A DNA stretch of 64,000 nt from Chloroflexota bacterium (lineage in GTDB: Bacteria; Chloroflexota; UBA11872). Of the stretch, positions 20,253-31,070 are shown in pieces; the stretch's first letter is position 1, and each line of letters opens with the position of its first letter. The notes under the pieces are model-generated. The model had not been told where the DNA came from, made no database searches, and saw nothing but the letters and a program-made list of their open reading frames with translations. A program made the position numbers and the translations under genes. Where the stretch lies: the NCBI GenBank assembly GCA_965207185.1, contig OZ242271.1:1102904-1166903 (forward strand), in the 5' to 3' direction.

Positions 20253-22085
20253 ATGGCGACGGTAACGGCAACCGCCCCGGACACCCGCACATATGCCGGT
20301 ACCGCCTGGAGTTGGATCACCACGGTCGATCACAAGCGGATCGCCGTGCTCTACCTGGTCACCTCCCTCGCCTTCTTCATGCTTGGTGGGCTCGAGGCGC
20401 TGATCATGCGTCTGCAGCTGGCGACGCCCGAGGCCAACGTCGTGTCGGCCGAACGGTTCACCGAGCTCTTCACCATGCACGGCACCACCATGGTGTTCCT
20501 GGCGCTGATGCCGCTCAGCGCCGCCTTCTTCAATCTGCTGGTCCCGCTGATGATCGGCGCTCGCGACGTGGCCTTCCCGCGCCTGAACGCCCTCAGCTAC
20601 TGGATCTACCTGTTCGGCGGCATCTTCATGAACATCAGCTTCGTGGCCGGCGGCGCGCCAAACGCCGGCTGGTTCGGCTACGCGCCGCTCACCGACACAG
20701 CCTTCGAAGCCACCCACGCCATCGACTTCTGGGCCTTCGGCCTCCAGATCCTGGGCGTCTCTTCCATCCTCGCCTCCATCAACTTCATCGTCACCATCAT
20801 CAACATGCGCGCGCCGGGCATGACCCTGAATCGCATGCCCATGTTCGTGTGGATGAGCATGATCACGGCCTTCCTGATCATCTTCGCTTTCCCGGCCATC
20901 ACCATCGGCCTGGTGCTGCTCCTTTTCGACCGCTACATAGAAACCAGCTTTTTCATTCCCGAGGGCGGCGGCGATCCGGTCCTCTGGCAGCACCTGTTCT
21001 GGGTCTTCGGTCACCCCGAGGTCTACATCCTCATCCTGCCGGCCATGGGCATCGTCTCCGAGATCCTGCCCACCTACTCGCGCAAGCCGCTCTTTGGCTA
21101 CGCGGTCGTGGCCTACTCCGGCGCGGCCATCGCGCTGCTCGGCTTCGGCGTCTGGACGCACCACATGTTCACGGTGGGCCTGGGCCCCATCGCCGACACC
21201 GCCTTCGCGATCTCCACCATGGCCATCGCCGTTCCGACCGGCGTGAAGATCTTCAACTGGATCGCCACGCTCTACGGCGGCTCCATCAGCTTCAAATCGC
21301 CCATGTTGTTCGCCGTGGGCATGGTGTCCATGTTCATCATCGGTGGGCTCAGCGGCGTCATGCTGGGGTCGCCGCCCATCGACTCACAGGTACAGGACAC
21401 CTACTTCGTCGTCGCCCACCTGCACTACGTGCTGTTCGGCGGCACGGTGTTCGGCTTGTTCGGGGGCATTTACCACTGGTTCCCCAAGTTCACCGGGCGC
21501 TTCATGCACGACGGCTGGGGCAAGGTGCACTGGCTGCTGATGCTGATCGGGTTCAACCTGACGTTCCTGCCGCAGCACATGCTGGGTATCGACGGCATGC
21601 CGCGCCGCGTCCACACCTACGCCGCGGAGATGGGCTTCGACCTCTGGAACATGATGTCCACCGTCGGCTCGCTCTTGATCGGGTTCTCGTTCCTGATCTT
21701 CATCATCAACGCCTTGCGCTCGATCCGCCACGGCGAACCGTCCGGCAGCGACCCGTGGGACGGCGGCACCCTCGAATGGACAATCCCCTCGCCGCCGCCC
21801 GTCTACAACTTTGCTGAGATTCCGGTCGTCGATGGCCGCTACCCCGCCTGGGACCTCAAGCGCGGCGGCGGCCACACCGGCGCCGTGGCCACGGCACCCG
21901 AGGCTGACACCGAAGCTGATGAGCCCGACATCCACATGCCCAACCCGTCCTACTGGCCGATCATCATGGCGGCCGGCATGGTGCTTGCCGCCTGCGGCCT
22001 GATCTTCCACCAGGCCTTCATCCTCTTGGGCGCGATCCTCTTCGTCATCTCGCTGTTGGGCTGGATCGAGGAACCCGCCGCATGA
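20253..22085 (+). CDS. ctaD: Cytochrome c oxidase subunit I (A1 type)
   Basis: 'TVDHKRI', 'GHPEVY', 'WTHHM', 'AHLHY', 'GMPRR'. Confidence 0.98.
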   Translation: MATVTATAPDTRTYAGTAWSWITTVDHKRIAVLYLVTSLAFFMLGGLEALIMRLQLATPEANVVSAERFTELFTMHGTTMVFLALMPLSAAFFNLLVPLMIGARDVAFPRLNALSYWIYLFGGIFMNISFVAGGAPNAGWFGYAPLTDTAFEATHAIDFWAFGLQILGVSSILASINFIVTIINMRAPGMTLNRMPMFVWMSMITAFLIIFAFPAITIGLVLLLFDRYIETSFFIPEGGGDPVLWQHLFWVFGHPEVYILILPAMGIVSEILPTYSRKPLFGYAVVAYSGAAIALLGFGVWTHHMFTVGLGPIADTAFAISTMAIAVPTGVKIFNWIATLYGGSISFKSPMLFAVGMVSMFIIGGLSGVMLGSPPIDSQVQDTYFVVAHLHYVLFGGTVFGLFGGIYHWFPKFTGRFMHDGWGKVHWLLMLIGFNLTFLPQHMLGIDGMPRRVHTYAAEMGFDLWNMMSTVGSLLIGFSFLIFIINALRSIRHGEPSGSDPWDGGTLEWTIPSPPPVYNFAEIPVVDGRYPAWDLKRGGGHTGAVATAPEADTEADEPDIHMPNPSYWPIIMAAGMVLAACGLIFHQAFILLGAILFVISLLGWIEEPAA

Positions 22086-22678
22086 CCACCGACGCGCACG
22101 CCCACCACGAAGAGCACCACAGCTCCACCGGCCTCGACAACCGCAAGCTCGGCATGTGGGCCTTCCTGGGCTCGGAAACGATGTTCTTCGGCAGCCTGAT
22201 CCTGGTCATGCTGATCAACAAGCACAACACGCTGGGCGGCCCGGGTCAGGAAGTTCTGGATCTCGTCCTGACCTCATTCACCACCTTCGTGCTGCTCACC
22301 AGCAGTCTCGCCATGGTGTTGTCGTTGGCCGCCTTCCGGAACGGCTCGCTGCTCTGGGGCCGCATCTGGCTGGGACTGGTGATGTTGATGGGGCTGATCT
22401 TCCTCGGCGGGCAGGTCTATGAGTTCACCGAGTTTGTGACCCACAAGAACCTCACGCCGTCCACCAACCTCTTCGGCGCATCCTTCTACACCCTGGTCGG
22501 TTTCCACGGCGCGCACGTGGCCATCGGGGTCGTCTGGCTGGGCACCGCCTTGCTCTACAGCTTCCGCGGCCGCTTTCAGCCCGGTGGCGACATGTGGGGC
22601 ATCGAACTGGTCGGGCTGTACTGGCACTTCGTGGACCTGGTCTGGGTCGCGATCTTCACGCTGATCTACCTGATCTGA
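22082..22678 (+). CDS. ctaE: Cytochrome c oxidase subunit III
   Basis: 'FLGSETMFF', 'GFHGAHV', 'LYWHFVDLVW'. Confidence 0.96.
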   Translation: MTTDAHAHHEEHHSSTGLDNRKLGMWAFLGSETMFFGSLILVMLINKHNTLGGPGQEVLDLVLTSFTTFVLLTSSLAMVLSLAAFRNGSLLWGRIWLGLVMLMGLIFLGGQVYEFTEFVTHKNLTPSTNLFGASFYTLVGFHGAHVAIGVVWLGTALLYSFRGRFQPGGDMWGIELVGLYWHFVDLVWVAIFTLIYLI

Positions 22679-23031
22679 TGAGCGACTCGCACACCGCGCA
22701 CGCCGACCACGGCGGGGACACGGCGCACGACGCCGAGCATTATCGCCACGGCTACGCCAAGTACGTAATCGTCGGCGTAATCCTCACCGTCATTACCATC
22801 GTGGAGATCATGATTCCCAGCATCCCGGCCGTCGCCGACGCCTTCACCAGGCCCGGGGTTGTGGCCTCCCTGCTGATCCTCTCCTTCGCCAAGGGCGCGG
22901 GCGTGGTCGCCTACTACATGCACCTGCGGGACGACAATCGTCTGTTCACCGCCCTGTTCATGTTTCCCTTCTTCATCGCCTCCATGATCGTGCTGATCCT
23001 TTTCCTCTTCTTCTCCCTGACGGGCGGCTAG
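22678..23031 (+). CDS. ctaF: Cytochrome c oxidase subunit IV family
   Basis: TGATG coupling to ctaE, His-rich N-terminus, 'LTVITIVE...K...YYMHL'. Confidence 0.85.
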   Translation: MSDSHTAHADHGGDTAHDAEHYRHGYAKYVIVGVILTVITIVEIMIPSIPAVADAFTRPGVVASLLILSFAKGAGVVAYYMHLRDDNRLFTALFMFPFFIASMIVLILFLFFSLTGG

Positions 23032-23120
23032 GCTGGAAGGTAGGAGCTAGCGGGCGCTGCCGAAACAGTGGCATGCGCACAGCTGCGATCGGCGGACACG
23101 GCAGGTCAGGAAGCGTTTGA

Positions 23121-23912
23121 GTGACCTTTTACCTCATCCCTGAAATCACGCTCGGTGTCGTGGTGTTGGTCGGCGCCTACGCCTACGCGGTCAGTCCCTG
23201 GAACCCCGACCGGCCGGGACGGGTCGAGCCGTGGCGCATCAGCTTCTTTGTCATCGGGGCGGCAGTCTTCTTCGCCGCCCTGCACCCGCCCATCGACAAC
23301 CTCAGCGCCGAGTTTTTCAGCATCCACATGGTCCAGCACATGATGGTGACCTTTTTGGCGCCGCCCCTGCTGTTGCTGGGCATCCCGGCCTGGATGGTGA
23401 CGCCTCTGCTGCGCCGGCCCATGGTGCGCGTGGCCTTCCGCTGGATCACCCAGCCGCTGGTTGCCGGGCTCATCGGCGTGTCGGTGTTCTGGGGCTGGCA
23501 CCTGCCGACGCTCTACGAGGGTGCGCTGAACGACCGGATCATGCACGACACCGCCCACGTCACCATGGTCGGCTCCGCGTTGCTGATGTGGTGGCCCGTC
23601 GTCAGCCGGGTGCCCGCCGCCCCCGCGGCCAGCGTGCCCATCCAGATGTTCTACCTGTTCCTGCTGACCCTGCCCTCGGGCCTGCTGAGTTCGCTCTTCG
23701 TATTTGCCGGCGAGCCGCTCTACCCGGCCTACCTGCTGGCCGCCGACCCCGGCAGGCTGTCGGCGCTTGAGGACCAGCGGATCGGCGGGCTGATCATGAA
23801 GCTGGGCGGTACGGCCCTGCTGTGGACCGTGATTACCGTGAAATTCTTCCGTTGGGTCTCCGAGACGCCAAACGAACGGGAGTTGTTGGGGCGCGCGCCG
23901 AGACGGAGCTAG
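23121..23912 (+). CDS. ctaG: caa3-type oxidase assembly factor CtaG
   Basis: 'SIHMVQHM...APPLLLLG', 'WHLP', 'WWP', 'DQRIGGLIM'. Confidence 0.88.
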   Translation: MTFYLIPEITLGVVVLVGAYAYAVSPWNPDRPGRVEPWRISFFVIGAAVFFAALHPPIDNLSAEFFSIHMVQHMMVTFLAPPLLLLGIPAWMVTPLLRRPMVRVAFRWITQPLVAGLIGVSVFWGWHLPTLYEGALNDRIMHDTAHVTMVGSALLMWWPVVSRVPAAPAASVPIQMFYLFLLTLPSGLLSSLFVFAGEPLYPAYLLAADPGRLSALEDQRIGGLIMKLGGTALLWTVITVKFFRWVSETPNERELLGRAPRRS

Positions 23913-24349
23913 CTTCCCGGGCCGGCCACGATGCTCGCCCGCGCGCCGCGCACCGCATGGCCCGGCGTGGGGTCCAGCGCTTCGTAAGTCCCCGGCTCGA
24001 TGTCGGCTTCCAGGTAGCCCGTCTGTCCCGGCCCGATCCGCGGTGAGTTGACCACGCCGCCGGGAAGTCGAACCTCCAGGCTATGGGTGTACGCGCCAAT
24101 GTTCGTAATCGCGAACCGAACTCGCGGCGCGTTCGTCCGAATCACGGCCGGCAGGATCGCGAAATCTCCAATCTGAACCCCCAATTCCTCGCAACTCGGC
24201 GGCGTGCAGGTCGTCTGCGGCGCCGTCACCGGGTCGGGGGTTGGATTCTCAATGACGGTCTGCATCGCGCCAACTTCACAGGCGGCCAGCACAACGGCGG
24301 CGGCAACCAGCACGATCAGGCGCAGGGCATGCGGGCGGACTCGGGACAT
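23909..24349 (-). CDS. Cupredoxin-like lipoprotein with non-canonical ligand loop
   Basis: Lipobox 'LAAC', 'F.ITNIG...HSL', 'IGPGQT', 'PGTYE..D..PGH...GA'. Confidence 0.75.
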   Translation of the reverse strand: MSRVRPHALRLIVLVAAAVVLAACEVGAMQTVIENPTPDPVTAPQTTCTPPSCEELGVQIGDFAILPAVIRTNAPRVRFAITNIGAYTHSLEVRLPGGVVNSPRIGPGQTGYLEADIEPGTYEALDPTPGHAVRGARASIVAGPGS

Positions 24350-24505
24350 GCGAAAACAACGATCCGTGGCGATTCGGGGTTACGGCAGAGCTTAGGGAAG
24401 CCCCCCACCACGCCGCAACACATTGAAATCCAGCCGTTCGCAATCAAGCTTCGATTGATCGCACCCGCAGCCGGCGCCGCTATGTCACCTGCAAACGGCG
24501 CGTGT

Positions 24506-24721
24506 TCACGTCCACAGCCTGTCAACGGCGACCAGCACGGTTCCGAGCGCTGCAAGCGCCACGACAAGGCGTACGGTCAGACGCGTCTCAAGCGCGTGTA
24601 GGTCAGCCTTCGTGGCGTAGTGCTGCAAGGTCCGATCAAACTCATTGCGCAACTCGCCCCGCTCGTGTTGCAGTTCGCGCCGCAGGTCTTCCAAGGTGAG
24701 CGGCTTTGTGTCTGCGGCCAT
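24506..24721 (-). CDS. Small coiled-coil protein with C-terminal TM (ATKADL; DUF1640/CCDC90-like)
   Basis: 71 aa. Shares DRTLQHYATKADL with 24915-25112, with only synonymous nucleotide differences. Confidence 0.75.
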   Translation of the reverse strand: MAADTKPLTLEDLRRELQHERGELRNEFDRTLQHYATKADLHALETRLTVRLVVALAALGTVLVAVDRLWT

Positions 24722-24734
24722 GGCGTCAATCCCC

Positions 24735-24755
24735 ATTCCCGCCCGGAAACCGCCC
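24735..24755. repeat. 21-bp direct repeat, copy 1 (ATTCCCGCCCGGAAACCGCCC)
   Basis: Identical to 25126-25146, at the same offset upstream of the ATG. Confidence 0.9.
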
Positions 24756-24914
24756 CGATGTCTTTGACTCTTGCAGCCAGTCTCGCGGCTCGCAACGCGA
24801 GCCAACGACTTCGGTCCAGTCGCGCGAACGTCACGCAAACGGCTTGAGACGACGACCGTCGCGGCCTCGACGATGCGAAATGTCATCTCACTCACATCCG
24901 CAGGCGACGGTGGA

Positions 24915-25112
24915 TCATGCCAACAACGCCACAGCGAGTGTCACGAGCGTTCCGATCACATTGACCAGGATGAGAACCAGGACACCGGCGAACCACTTGA
25001 CCATTTCGGCCTTGAGATTCGCCAGGTCAGCCTTGGTTGCGTAGTGCTGGAGCGTTCGGTCCAGCTCGGCGCGCAGGTGACCGCGAGTCAGCGGCCCGGT
25101 ATCCGCGGTCAT
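24915..25112 (-). CDS. Small coiled-coil protein with C-terminal TM (paralog of 24506-24721)
   Basis: 65 aa, 'YATKADLANLKAEMVKWFAG' followed by a hydrophobic tail. Confidence 0.75.
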   Translation of the reverse strand: MTADTGPLTRGHLRAELDRTLQHYATKADLANLKAEMVKWFAGVLVLILVNVIGTLVTLAVALLA

Positions 25113-25125
25113 AGTCTCAAGCCCA

Positions 25126-25146
25126 ATTCCCGCCCGGAAACCGCCC
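25126..25146. repeat. 21-bp direct repeat, copy 2
   Basis: Identical to 24735-24755. Confidence 0.9.
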
Positions 25147-25550
25147 AATCTCCTCGGTGATTCTATCTTCAGACGCCGCTCGCCAGAAGATTAGTCCGCA
25201 GCGGAGTCGCCCGGACCATTCTCAAGTGAACTCCCCTGCAACTGCGTCGTCAGATCGGCGTATACTCAAACAAGCAGTGACTTGCGCACCGCTGAGTCGG
25301 ACGATGCCACGCGCGGGCGTTCTCGGCACAAGCGCCTACCGCTTCGACAGGCGAACCATCCCTGTCCTCTTTGCAGACGCAGCCGCGCGACATCAGGCCG
25401 TCGGGGAACGCGCAGCCCGCGCGGCGGGTTCGTGTGTGCCCTGAGCGATGGTGTCCGACGGGGATAAGGGTTAGATTCGGGGAGCGCCAGGCAATGGACG
25501 CGTCGCGAGCGCGTCCGCAATTGCCGCAGCAGGGGGATGGTGAATGATCC

Positions 25551-26666
25551 GTGGCAGTTGAAGTCGCACTGCATCTGAACGAGGAAACACTCGAAAACGC
25601 TCTGGCCGAGCTTGTGGCCCTGGGCTCGGACCCGGGCTACCTCAATAAGTCAGAGCTCAAGAAGGTCCTGCCCGACGAGACCCACATCACGAAAGAAGTC
25701 GAGACCTGGTTCCGCATGCAGCTGGCCGAGGAAGAAATCGAGCTGCGCGACGAGGAACCGGAAGACACCGAAGGCAACGACGCCTCCAAGGTCACGACCA
25801 TCCAGTCGCGCCGCGAGCGCGACCTGGAGCTCGAGTCCGCCAGCCAGGACACGGTTCGTAGCTACCTCAACGAGATCGGCCGCATCTCGCTGCTCACGGC
25901 CAAGGAAGAGGTCGACCTGGCGCAGCGCATCGAGCGCGGTCAGGAGAGGGCCCGCCAGCACCTCATCACGGCCAACCTGCGCCTGGTGGTCAGCGTCGCC
26001 AAGAAATACACCGGCCACGGCATCCCGCTGCTGGACCTTGTCCAGGAAGGCAACGCCGGCCTCATGCGCGCCGCCGAAAAGTTCGACTGGCGTCGCGGCT
26101 ACAAGTTCAGCACCTACGCCACCTGGTGGATTCGCCAGGCGGTCACCCGGGCCATCGCCGAACAGAGCCGCACCATCCGCCTGCCGGTGCATGTGCACGA
26201 GAAGCTCACCAAGTCTTACCGCGTCCAGCGCGACTTGCAGCTGCGCCTGGGACGCGAGCCGACGGACGACGAAATCGCCCACGAGATGGAGATGAGCGAG
26301 GAGCAGATCGGCGAACTCAAGCTCGCCGCCCGCCTGCCCATTTCGCTCGAAACCCCCATCGGCGAAGACGGCGACACCGAAATCGGGCACCTGATTCCGG
26401 ACGACGACGCTGTGGAGCCGGTCGAGGCCGCCACCTCCCAGATGCTCTCCGAGCACCTCGAAGGCGTCCTCGAAATGCTCGACCCCCGCGAGCAGAAGAT
26501 CCTGCGCATGCGGCACGGGCTGGACGACGACACCCCGCGTACCCTCGACCAGGTCGGCCAGGAATTCGGCCTGACCCGTGAGCGCATTCGCCAGATCGAG
26601 TCCCAGGCCCTCCGCCGCCTCCGCCACCCCCGCCTCGCCCGCAAGCTCAAGGACTTCCTGACCTAG
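25551..26666 (+). CDS. rpoD: RNA polymerase sigma-70 factor, RpoD/SigA group
   Basis: Region 1.2 '[11 protein letters not shown]', 2.x '[12 protein letters not shown]...[15 protein letters not shown]', 4.2 'TRERIRQIE'. It could be a group-2 paralog. Confidence 0.88.
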   Translation: MAVEVALHLNEETLENALAELVALGSDPGYLNKSELKKVLPDETHITKEVETWFRMQLAEEEIELRDEEPEDTEGNDASKVTTIQSRRERDLELESASQDTVRSYLNEIGRISLLTAKEEVDLAQRIERGQERARQHLITANLRLVVSVAKKYTGHGIPLLDLVQEGNAGLMRAAEKFDWRRGYKFSTYATWWIRQAVTRAIAEQSRTIRLPVHVHEKLTKSYRVQRDLQLRLGREPTDDEIAHEMEMSEEQIGELKLAARLPISLETPIGEDGDTEIGHLIPDDDAVEPVEAATSQMLSEHLEGVLEMLDPREQKILRMRHGLDDDTPRTLDQVGQEFGLTRERIRQIESQALRRLRHPRLARKLKDFLT

Positions 26667-26691
26667 ACGTCAGCACGATCGCCTGACGCAA

Positions 26692-26724
26692 CAAGCCCCG
26701 CCGGCCAGTCGCCGACGGGGCTTG
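26692..26724. terminator. Hairpin between convergent rpoD and groEL, probable bidirectional terminator
   Basis: CAAGCCCCG...CGGGGCTTG 9-bp stem plus an inner CGGC/GCCG stem. Confidence 0.75.
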
Positions 26725-26746
26725 AGTGTTTCTCGAGGAGTGAGAG

Positions 26747-28486
<1,740 letters not shown>

Positions 28487-28657
28487 TCAAATTGGAAGGG
28501 CGGTGCGCGCCCAGCGGCGCGCGGCGGCGCGCCGAAATTCGGCCCGCAATTGTAACGCAGCAACGCCTGGAATTGGGCGCGGAAATGACGCTCACTGGTC
28601 TGGCGGTAGCGGACGCCACTCCGAGAGTTCAGCCGATCAAGCAGTTGCGCAACGCCC

Positions 28658-29383
28658 TCACACCACCCCGTAAGGCGCGGCGCCGAAGGTCTCGTTGTAG
28701 ATGTCGCTGAGCGAACGACCGTTGAAAGACCAGTGCGGGCACGGTGCCGGGGTGTAGGTGACGTTAAGCGCGACTCTCGTTGCCTGAGACAACGAGGTCT
28801 CCGCATTTCGAAACCGCACCCTCTTCGCACTCACGACTTCGGCTCGTTCGTCGTTGTTGGTGCAAACGAGCTCCGCGCCGATCGGAATGTCCATCTGCGT
28901 GAAATCCAGGGGTGGTCGCTTTCGACGGTCGAGTCGTTTCTCAGCGTCCAGCGACTGAGCATCGATGTGCCGGTCACCCTCGGCCCTTACGCTGGGCGAT
29001 ACATCCTCTCCGCCGAGTAGCTCCAGAATGGCCTGCGCCTGCCCGATCTCAATTTCGAAGAACTCGCGATTCGGGTTGACCCTGTATGGCTCAAACGCAG
29101 TGTGCAGCGCTGCTTCCACTTTCTGATAGTCATCGACGCTGCGAGCCACTTCGCATCGGAATGGCACCGGCACACCGGTCGAATACAGTTCTCTGAGTCG
29201 CTGCGCAACGTCGTCGCGTCGCGTCTTGCCGATTTTTACCATCTGCGGCATCGCGGGATTCGTTAGCACATACACGATTCCGGTTTGGCCTGACGATTCG
29301 ACCTCAGGCGCATCGCCTAAGGCAGCACCCTCAGAAGTCTCATTGGGCAATGCCGACTCTTGTGATTCTCCGTTTAGGCTCAA
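28658..29383 (-). CDS. GIY-YIG nuclease family protein (T5orf172-like)
   Basis: 'GIVYVLTNPAMPQMVKIGKT...RLRELYSTGVP.PF...E..LH...RVNPNREFF'. Start is uncertain. Confidence 0.85.
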   Translation of the reverse strand: MSLNGESQESALPNETSEGAALGDAPEVESSGQTGIVYVLTNPAMPQMVKIGKTRRDDVAQRLRELYSTGVPVPFRCEVARSVDDYQKVEAALHTAFEPYRVNPNREFFEIEIGQAQAILELLGGEDVSPSVRAEGDRHIDAQSLDAEKRLDRRKRPPLDFTQMDIPIGAELVCTNNDERAEVVSAKRVRFRNAETSLSQATRVALNVTYTPAPCPHWSFNGRSLSDIYNETFGAAPYGVV

Positions 29384-29441
29384 GCTGACTCAGCTAACCC
29401 AAGCAGTGCTCCACGATGCCTCTCGGAGCGTGCCCGCTGCG

Positions 29442-29717
29442 CTAGCGCCCTTTCCAATACGGATTCGGCGACCAGTAGCGTCGGTTCTTGATGCCCAGCG
29501 CAAACGTGGCTTCGGTGCTGAACTGGATCGAATGTTGGAGCCGCGTCAGCGCGTCCTCGCGGGTTGCGGCGCCCATGGCGCGGTAGTCGCGCCCGTCAAT
29601 GACGGCGTTGGCGTTCCAGCCAGACATGCCCTCCCAGACGCTGACTTCAACTTCAACGTCGTCAAACTCAATGTACGTGACCTCGCGGTCGTCGGTCGCG
29701 GTCGGATCGGATGACAC
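29442..29717 (-). CDS. Hypothetical 91-aa protein
   Basis: Protein-like 3' part of track ORF 29442..30440. GTG at 29717, with TATAAT at 29751-29756 upstream. Confidence 0.6.
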   Translation of the reverse strand: MSSDPTATDDREVTYIEFDDVEVEVSVWEGMSGWNANAVIDGRDYRAMGAATREDALTRLQHSIQFSTEATFALGIKNRRYWSPNPYWKGR

Positions 29718-29750
29718 GGCAGTCCAAGAGGGTGGCGGATTGGTGGCGCA

Positions 29751-29756
29751 ATTATA
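29751..29756 (-). promoter_or_regulatory. Consensus -10 element TATAAT
   Basis: Perfect hexamer in a high-GC intergenic region, divergent from moeA. Confidence 0.55.
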
Positions 29757-29831
29757 CGGGCGGACCGGGCGTGGACCGGGGACGGTGGCGAGCGTGACAA
29801 TGCAGGGAAGCCGATTTGGGCCGACTGCCGC

Positions 29832-31070
29832 ATGACAATGGACATCTTCTTCCAGATCGTGACGCCGGACGATGCGCTGGCGCGCTTGTTCGACTACGTG
29901 CCGGCCACACCGCGCCGCGAGCGCCTCGGGCTGGACGTCGCCCTGGGTCGAGTCACCGCCGCGCCGCTCACGTCGCCCGAAGACAGCCCCGCGTTTGCCC
30001 GCTCGGCCATGGACGGCTACGCGGTACGCGCCGCCGACACCTACGGCGCATCCGAAGGCCTGCCGGCGTTCCTGGCCGTGGATGGCGAGGTCCCGATGGG
30101 CGCCGCGGCCGAACGTCCCGTGCAATCGGGAACAGCCCATCTGATCCACACCGGCGGCATGCTGCCGCCCCGCGCCGATGCCGTGGTGATGGTGGAGTAC
30201 ACCCAACCGGTGGACGAGACTTCCATCGAAGTCTTGCGCCCCGCAGCCCCCGGTCAGCACGTCATCCAGGCCGGCGAAGATCTGGCCGCCGGCGACGCGC
30301 TGCTGCCGGCCGGTCACCAACTGCGCGCGCAGGATCTGGGCGTACTGGCCGCTCTCGGCATCACGGAAATTGAGGCGGCCGTGCGCCCCCTCGTCGGCGT
30401 GCTCTCGTCCGGCGACGAGATCGTGCCCGCGGACGCCCAACCCGCCCCCGGCCAGGTTCGCGACGTCAATGCCACCACGCTGGCCGCCCTGGCCCGCCAG
30501 GCCGGCGCCCAGGTACGCGAGTTCGGCGTCGCGCCAGACAACCGCGCGGAACTGGACCGGCTCGCCCGCACCGCGCTGGACACGTGCGACCTGGTCACCA
30601 TTTCAGCCGGCAGCTCGGTCAGCACCCGCGACATGACCGCCGACGTGATCGGCAGCCTGGGCCATCCCGGCGTGCTGGCCCACGGCATCGCCGTCAAACC
30701 CGGCAAACCCACCATCGTCGCTGTGGCCGGCGGTAAGCCCGTCTTCGGCCTCCCCGGCAACCCCGTATCCGCCATGGTCGTTTTCGGCCTCGTGGTCGTA
30801 CCGACCATTCGACGCCTGCTCGGCGCAGGTCCGGCCGACGACCCAGCGCACCGCCGGGCGCGCCTGTCGCGCAGCCTCGCTTCCCAGACCGGACGCATCG
30901 ACTTCGTGCCCGCGGCGCTGCAAGCGCGCGACGGCGAGTGGTGGGCAACACCCGTCCTTGGTCCCTCCAACCTGATCGCCACCCTCGTGCGCGCCTCGGG
31001 TCTCATACGCATTCCGCTGGACGCCGGCGGGCTGGCGGAAGGCGACTGGGTTGACGTCAGAACCTTCTAG
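29832..31070 (+). CDS. moeA: Molybdopterin molybdotransferase MoeA
   Basis: 'SAMDGYAV', 'IHTGG', 'SSGDE', 'KPGKP', 'GLPGNP'. Confidence 0.93.
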   Translation: MTMDIFFQIVTPDDALARLFDYVPATPRRERLGLDVALGRVTAAPLTSPEDSPAFARSAMDGYAVRAADTYGASEGLPAFLAVDGEVPMGAAAERPVQSGTAHLIHTGGMLPPRADAVVMVEYTQPVDETSIEVLRPAAPGQHVIQAGEDLAAGDALLPAGHQLRAQDLGVLAALGITEIEAAVRPLVGVLSSGDEIVPADAQPAPGQVRDVNATTLAALARQAGAQVREFGVAPDNRAELDRLARTALDTCDLVTISAGSSVSTRDMTADVIGSLGHPGVLAHGIAVKPGKPTIVAVAGGKPVFGLPGNPVSAMVVFGLVVVPTIRRLLGAGPADDPAHRRARLSRSLASQTGRIDFVPAALQARDGEWWATPVLGPSNLIATLVRASGLIRIPLDAGGLAEGDWVDVRTF

